64,000 nt of DNA from Macrostomum hystrix (lineage: Eukaryota; Animalia; Platyhelminthes): the NCBI GenBank assembly GCA_950097015.1, contig CATNEN010000007.1, forward strand, positions 930,001 through 994,000. The letters are read 5' to 3'. Within the stretch, counting starts at the first letter, position 1, and the number at the start of each line of letters is the position of its first letter. This document shows positions 57,105 through 64,000 of this stretch, piece after piece. Below the pieces are notes generated by a model, which searched no databases, was not told where the DNA came from, and worked only from the letters and a program-made list of their open reading frames with translations. Both the position numbers and the translations under genes were made by a program.

Positions 57105-58355
57105 TGAGTGAGACAACAGTAGGATAAGAGTGAGACAAAAGTAGGATAAAAGTGAGACAAGAGTAGGATGAGAGTGAGACAAAAGTAGGATAAAAGTGAG
57201 ACAAGAGTAGGATGAGAGTGAGACAAAAGTAGGATAAAAGTGAGACAAGAGTAGGATGAGAGTGAGACAAAAGTAGGATAAAAGTGAGACAAGAGTAGGA
57301 TGAGAGTGAGACAAAAGTAGGATAAAAGTGAGACAAGAGTAGGATGAGAGTGAGACAAAAGTAGGATAAAAGTGAGACAAGAGTAGGATGAGAGTGAGAC
57401 AAAAGTAGGATAAAAGTGAGACAAGAGTAGGATGAGAGTGAGACAAAAGTAGGATAAAAGTGAGACAAGAGTAGGATGAGAGTGAGACAAAAGTAGGATA
57501 AAAGTGAGACAAGAGTAGGATGAGAGTGAGACGAAAGTAGGATGAGAGTGTAACTAGAGTAGGATGAGAGTGAGACAAGAGTAGGATGAGAGTGAGACAA
57601 GAGTAGGATGAGAGTGAGACTAGAGTCGGATGAGAGTGAGACTAGAGTAAGACTAGAGTTAGACAAGAGTAGGATGAGAGTGAGACAAGAGTAGGATGAG
57701 AGTGAAGCTAGAGTAGGATGAGAGTGAGACAAGAGTAGGATGAGAGTGAGACTAGAGTCGGATGAGAGTGAGACAAGAGTAAGACTAGAGTTAGACAAGA
57801 GTAGGATGAGAGTGAGACAAGAGTAGGATGAGAGTGAGACTAGAGTCGGATGAGAGTGAGACAAGAGTAAGACTAGAGTTAGACAATAGTAGGATGATAG
57901 TGAGACAAGAGTAGGATGAGAGTGAAGCTAGAGTAGGATGAGAGTGAGACAAGAGTAGGATGAGAGTGTAACTAGAGTAGGATGAGAGTGAGACTAGATT
58001 AGGATGAGAGTGGGGCAAGAGAAGGATGAGAGTGAGACAAGAGTAGGATGAGAGTGAGACAAGAGTAGGATGAGAGTGAGACAAAAGTAGGATGAGAGTG
58101 AAGCTAGAGTAGGATGAGAGTGTAACTAGAGTAGGATGAGAGTGAGACTAGATTAGGATGGGAGTGAGACAAGAGTAGGATGAGAGTGAGACAAGAGTAG
58201 GATGAGAGTGAGACTAGAGTAGGATGAGAGTGAGACTAGATTAGGATGAGAGTGGGGCAAGAGTAGGATGAGAGTGAGACAAGAGTAAGACTAGAGTTAG
58301 ACAAGAGTAGGATAAGAGTGAGACAAGAGTAAGACTAGAGTTAGACAAGAGTAGG
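57105..58355. repeat. 22-bp minisatellite GAGTGAGACAAGAGTAGGATGA starting at the unc-13 exon 7 donor
   Basis: About 55 copies; the first unit overlaps the GTGAGT donor at 57104. Confidence 0.95.
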
Positions 58356-59011
58356 TAGATACTCAAATCATACGGCTCATCGATTGCTCAAGTATATTTA
58401 GGTTTTAAAAGTTAAAAGCCAAAGCTACCGCTGCAATTAATTGCTTGCTATTAAATTACTGACTGCCAACAATTGCATGTCTGTAAATAGCATTCTAGAG
58501 TTATTTCTCTCAAATAAATTATTTAAGCAAACAATTTGGCCTAAAATAGATTGTTTCAAACCCTGCGTCATTTTGCTCTACCTAGATACTATCTGTTAAG
58601 ATTTTTACCCCAACTGTCATGAGATTTTGATCGGCCAGTTGGGTTGGATGGGGTAAATCATGGGGTCCGCCCACGCATTTCTGCTATTTAGCAACTAAAT
58701 AGTTTATGATTGATTCTAGCAGTCATGGAGCTTCCTAAAATTAGGTAAAATTAGGAAATTCTGATGCACTACTCGGAGAAAAACCATAATTGTGTGTCTA
58801 ATTGTTTTATCTAGTGAGCTGTGCTTAAATAAAGTTCTCAAATACGAAAATTAGCAAAGTTGAACTTCAGAAAAGTTCATAAGTTCATTCGATAGGTAGC
58901 TCGTATTGATGTTTTCCACAAGTAAGGCAACATTTCGCTAAAATCTGGCAATTATTAAAAAGTTTTCTGCATTACAACATTACCAGGCCGCATTCTTATT
59001 CACAGTGGGCA

Positions 59012-59331
59012 CAGGAGGGCTGCGGGCAATGGCACATCATTTGGTGACACTAGACCCGCAAACAGCGAGTAGGCGATTCTGCCGACATTCGGCTGACTCC
59101 TGAGCACACACGCACACAGGTGTGTACATCTGCCCTGACTTTCTCATCGTCAGGCAATGTACACTCTCACTGTGCCTTGGAGGCTGGCCCTCAAGGGCGT
59201 GAATTGCACGACAAGCCCCCAAGCCTTCTCTCCGCGGCTGCGCCCCAAAATAATGTGGCCTCGCCGCGGAATCGAGCTCAGGGACCTTGGTGTGAGAGGC
59301 AAACGCGACAACCGCTCTGCCACCGACCCCC
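59012..59331 (-). mobile_element. tRNA-derived SINE, copy 2
   Basis: Collinear with 15872-16216 over ~320 bp, with the same A/B-box head and hairpin. Confidence 0.8.
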
Positions 59332-59891
59332 TTGATGTACATCCTTGTTTGAGTGCGTGTGTGTTAGCAGTAACATGTTGGAATGCCAGTCAAAGTAGTT
59401 CAGAACTAAAAAAAGATCTGTAAAAGTACACAGTAGCTTCAATCAATGCCATGCAGACAGTTTTTTAAGCGCATTTCCCACCCACAGCCCAGGCAGGGGA
59501 TAAATTTGAAGCAGCCGGAATAGCAGGAAATCCTGAATGCTGCCAGACCAATCAATTCTTAGAAATTCCCATATTCCCCAGTCCTCATATTTCGTTTAAA
59601 TCGAGCTCATATCTCCATTTTATATACTTAATTCCCATTCTGGATATCGGCAGCCCCGGGGGATTGCAAAATACATTTTCTGATCCGCATTGGATAGGGC
59701 TGCCCTGCACCAAAAGCATGCACTTCTACTGATTCTATCCGATACAATGAGCAGCTACTCATCTCTCGCATGGTCCGCTGACCCGTCCCTTGAGGATTTC
59801 TGGCCAAGGGCAGTTTAGCCCAGCCACTGCACCCCCATCCGGATCCAAATCAGAGCTGCTTTGCTAATTCGCTTTCTTTTGCGAGTTCTGA

Positions 59892-60005
59892 GCACACATG
59901 AGCATACATGAGCATACATGAGCATACATGAGCATACATGAGCATACATGAGCATACATGAGCACACATGAGCATACATGAGCACACATGAGCACACATA
60001 GAGCA
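59892..60005. repeat. 10-bp repeat GAGCATACAT
   Basis: About 11 copies. Confidence 0.9.
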
Positions 60006-60199
60006 CTCACAGATCACACGCGGCCCCTTCATAGGCTCGATATATTACTATTTCCCAGAAGTATTTATTCCCAGATATGTTTTGATCATAATCAACTTAT
60101 TTTCCCTATTGCCTCATAGCCACCACAGTTCATCTTAGCCTCACAGTGCCGTGGCGTCTGACATAGATAACAAAGGCCCCTTAGTTCGAATCGAAAAGT

Positions 60200-60885
60200 A
60201 CTTCCCCTTCCCTCACCTTCTCTCTTCCTTCTTCTTCCCCTTCCTTTATCTTCCCCTTCCTTCATCTTCCCCTTCCTTTATCTTCCCCTTCCTTCATCTT
60301 CCCCTTCCTTCATCTTCCCCTTCCTTTATCTTCCCCTTCCTTCATCTTCCCCTTCCTTCATCATCCCCTTCCTTCATCTCCCCTTCCTTCATCTTCCCCT
60401 TCCTTCATCTCCCCTTCATTCATCTTCCCCTTCCTTCATCTTCCCCTTCCTTCATCTCCCCTTCCTTCATCTTCCCCTTCCTTTATCATCCCCTTCCTTC
60501 ATCTTCCCCTTCCTTTATCTTCCCCTTCCTTCATCTTCCCCTTCCTTCATCATCCCCTTCCTTCATCTCCCCTTCCTTCATCTTCCCCTTCCTTCATCTC
60601 CCCTTCATTCATCTTCCCCTTCCTTCATCTTCCCCTTCCTTCATCATCCCCTTCCTTCATCTTCCCCTTCCTTCATCTTCCCCTTCCTTCATCTTCCCCT
60701 TCCTTCATCTTCCCCTTCCTTCATCTTCCCCTTCCTTCATCTTCCCCTTCCTTCATCTTCCCCTTCCTTCATCTCCCCTTCCTTCATCTTCCCCTTCCTT
60801 CATCTCCCCTTCCTTCATCTTCCCCTTCCTTCATCTTCCCCTTCCTTTATCTTCCCCTTCCTTCATCTTCCCATTTTTCATTCCT
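60200..60885. repeat. 16-bp pyrimidine minisatellite CTTCATCTTCCCCTTC
   Basis: About 40 copies. Confidence 0.92.
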
Positions 60886-61269
60886 TCCCTTGTTTCCTTG
60901 AATTTCGCATCCCCATTTCTTGCATGATTTCCTCCAGCCAGCCTAAGGCAGCAGGTATTGTTAGAGAAGTTTGAGTTGATGGAATTAATTAGCAATCCAT
61001 TCTGTATGCCGTATTTGCATTAGTAATGGCTAGCCCCACAGTAGGAAACATGAGAAGCAGCACCTGAGTGCATGTGAAGGCATTCAGACTGTAATTATGG
61101 CCAACCCCATCGCATACAGGCCTTAGCATTCTAAGCAGCTGATTTCTGTGAACCATGGCTACAGTAGGCAACCGTTTCACAAACCATTGTTCGTTGCTGC
61201 ACTGCTCAGACTTCCCTTCTAGTCTCCCAAAATGGAGGCGGCATTGTTTAAAAAAGGAGAAGGATAGAA

Positions 61270-62215
61270 CGAGAGTAGAGAGAAGGAGAGTAGAGAGAAG
61301 GAGAGTAGAGAGAAGGAGAGTAGAGAGAAGGAGAGTAGAGAGAAGGAGAGTAGAGAGAAGGAGAGTAGAGAGAAGGAGAGTAGAGAGAAGGAGAGTAGAG
61401 AGAAGGAGAGTAGAGAGAAGGAGAGTAGAGAGAAGGAGAGTAGAGAGAAGGAGAGTAGACAGAAGGAGAGTAGAGAGAAGGAGAGTAGAGAGAAGGAGAG
61501 TAGAGAGAAGGAGAGTAGAGAGAAGGAGAGTAGAGAGAAGGAGAGTAGAGAGAAGGAGAGTAGAGAGAAGGAGAGTAGAGAGAAGGAGAGTAGAGAGAAG
61601 GAGAGTAGAGAGAATGAGAGTAGAGAGAAGGAGAGTAGACAGAAGGAGAGTAGAGAGAAGGAGAGTAGAGAGAAGGAGAGTAGAGAGAAGGAGAGTAGAG
61701 AGAAGGAGAGTAGAGAGAAGGAGAGTAGAGAGAAGGAGAGTAGAGAGAAGGAGAGTAGACAGAAGGAGAGTAGAGAGAAGGAGAGTAGAGAGAAGGAGAG
61801 TAGAGAGAAGGAGAGTAGAGAGAAGGAGAGTAGACAGAAGGAGAGTAGAGAGAAGGAGAGTAGAGAGAAGGAGAGTAGAGAGAAGGAGAGTAGAGAGAAG
61901 GAGAGTAGACAGAAGGAGAGTAGAGAGAAGGAGAGTAGAGAGAAGGAGAGTAGAGAGAAGGAGAGTAGAGAGAAGGAGAGTAGAGAGAAGGAGAGTAGAC
62001 AGAAGGAGAGTAGAGAGAAGGAGAGTAGAGAGAAGGAGAGTAGAGAGAAGGAGAGTAGAGAGAAGGAGAGTAGAGAGAAGGAGAGTAGAGAGAAGGAGAG
62101 TAGAGAGAAGGAGAGTAGAGAGAAGGAGAGTAGAGAGAAGGAGAGTAGAGAGAAGGAGAGTAGAGAGAAGGAGAGTAGAGAGAAGGAGAGTAGAGAGAAG
62201 GAGAGTTGACAGAAG
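61270..62215. repeat. 15-bp purine minisatellite GAGAGTAGAGAGAAG (~62 copies)
   Basis: Near-perfect array; it explains the VERRR and SPSLY ORFs. Confidence 0.96.
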
Positions 62216-62944
62216 ACACTGAGACTGCTAGCTTACAATAAGAACAGCGGAAAAAAGTTCAGAATTGAGTAGGTTTTACCGCTCCATCATTTCCCCGCTG
62301 AGTTCCCCATCCCGCCAGCCACCTCAATTAGTGAAATCCCGAATCCCTAGACAGTGTTCACAGAATTCAGATTGTGTGAAGGGGGGCTGCAATCAGTAAT
62401 GACACTCAGCTTGACCCAATCTGCAGCTGTGTCCTGAATTGGGAGGGCTGAATCAAGTCGCTCTTGAGTGCCAGTCATATTTTAGCTTTGCCAGTCGGAT
62501 TTCGCATTTCCGGATCAACTCAGCGTGTGCGTGTGGCTGAAAGTAGGACCAGGCTCATAAAACTCGCGTCTGTTCAGTCAGAGCAAATTTTTTATGTCCG
62601 ATAGTCAGGCGATTTTGGCGCCGTACTTAAATTATGAGTAAAACATAAACGAAAAAATTTGTGTTGCTACTTAGACGAGTAGCCTGTTAAAATGGAATAA
62701 ACAAGTCGTTCTTATTGTTTTTTAGATCCAATGCGAGGGAGCCAAGAAATGCCTACTGTGACAGGTGTGTGCAACTTCAAAATGCATTGTAGAGATCTAG
62801 TACATTAGCATTGCCATGGCAAACGTGATAAACCATTTCAGATATGACGAATATCGATATGGCAGGGAATTTAGTCCTGCCAGCTCCAGCGGCGAGAGAA
62901 GGTTTGAGCACTTTGTCACGATTTGCATTCAATTTACCCTGACT

Positions 62945-64000
62945 GACTTTGTCCTACCCTCTCTGACTCTGTCCTACCCTCTCTGACTCTGTCCTACCCT
63001 CTCTGACTCTGTCCTACCCTCTCTGACTCTGTCCTACCCTCTCTGACTCTGTCCTACCCTCTCTGACTCTGTCCTACCCTCTCTGACTCTGTCCTACCCT
63101 CTCTGACTCTGTCCTACCCTCTCTGACTCTGTCCTACCCTCTCTGACTCTGTCCTACCATCTCTGACTCTGTCCTACCCTCTCTGACTCTGTCCAACCAT
63201 CTCTGACTCTGTCCTACCCTCTCTGACTCTTTCCTACCCTCTCTGACTCTGTCCTACCTCTCTGACTCTGTCCTACCCTCTCTGACTCTTTCCTACCCTC
63301 TCTGACTCTTTCCTCTGTCCTACCCTCTCTGACTCTGTCCAACCATCTCTGACTCTTTCCTACCCTCTCTGACTCTGTCCTACCTCTCTGACTCTTTCCT
63401 ACCCTCTCTGACTCTGTCCTACCCTCTCTGACTCTTTCCTCTGTCCTACCCTCTCTGACTCTTTCCTACCCTCTCTGACTCTGTCCTACCCTCTCTGACT
63501 CTGTCCAACCATCTCTGACTCTTTCCTACCCTCTCTGACTCTGTCCTACCTCTCTGACTCTGTCCTACCCTCTCTGACTCTTTCCTACCCTCTCTGACTC
63601 TTTCCTCTGTCCTACCCTCTCTGACTCTGTCCTACCATCTCTGACTCTGTCCTACCCTCTCTGACTCTGTCCAACCATCTCTGACTCTGTCCTACCCTCT
63701 CTGACTCTTTCCTACCCTCTCTGACTCTGTCCTACCTCTCTGACTCTGTCCTACCCTCTCTGACTCTTTCCTACCCTCTCTGACTCTTTCCTCTGTCCTA
63801 CCCTCTCTGACTCTGTCCAACCATCTCTGACTCTTTCCTACCCTCTCTGACTCTGTCCTACCTCTCTGACTCTTTCCTACCCTCTCTGACTCTGTCCTAC
63901 CCTCTCTGACTCTTTCCTCTGTCCTACCCTCTCTGACTCTTTCCTACCCTCTCTGACTCTGTCCTACCCTCTCTGACTCTGTCCAACCATCTCTGACTCT
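62945..64000. repeat. 20-bp minisatellite CTCTGACTCTGTCCTACCCT, running off the right edge
   Basis: About 50 copies with variant blocks. Confidence 0.95.

Noticed and set aside
55933-62222. ORFs such as ([16 protein letters not shown])n, (SHSHPTLVSL)n, (VERRR)n and (SPSLY)n
   Set aside because: All are direct translations of 15-22-bp minisatellites inside unc-13 introns.
62726-62764. Next unc-13 exon (TTTTTAG...ACAG|GTGTGT)
   Set aside because: Splice sites are plausible and more than one frame is open, but no conserved motif anchors it, so it was left out of the gene model.

Overview
Animal (metazoan) genomic DNA with GT-AG spliceosomal introns, many of them filled with minisatellites. The style resembles a free-living flatworm such as Macrostomum; this is inference only. 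Genes reconstructed exon by exon: a secreted protein running off the left edge (-, not in the ORF track), a giantin/golgin-84-type tail-anchored golgin (+), a TTLL4-like tubulin polyglutamylase (+, 5 exons), ANKFN1/wide-awake (-, 5 exons), TRIAP1/Mdm35 (-), a 6-finger C2H2 protein (-), and the 5' part of unc-13 (+, at least 7 exons, continuing past the window). Mobile DNA: (1) a 5.2-kb Foldback/MULE-like element at 2255-7425 with a 9-bp TSD, whose long inverted repeats are arrays of a 177-bp unit and which encloses a Ty3/gypsy LTR, a tRNA-His-like PBS and an uninterrupted gag without pol; (2) three full or near-full copies plus one split fragment of a tRNA-derived SINE with a conserved hairpin, one copy split by a hAT-type MITE with an 8-bp TSD; (3) an internally deleted mariner; (4) a probable degenerate hAT-like transposase. 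About 25 distinct tandem arrays account for most of the long low-complexity ORFs in the track. There is no CRISPR array, rRNA or genuine tRNA. All family calls come from recognising motifs by eye; no database search was run.
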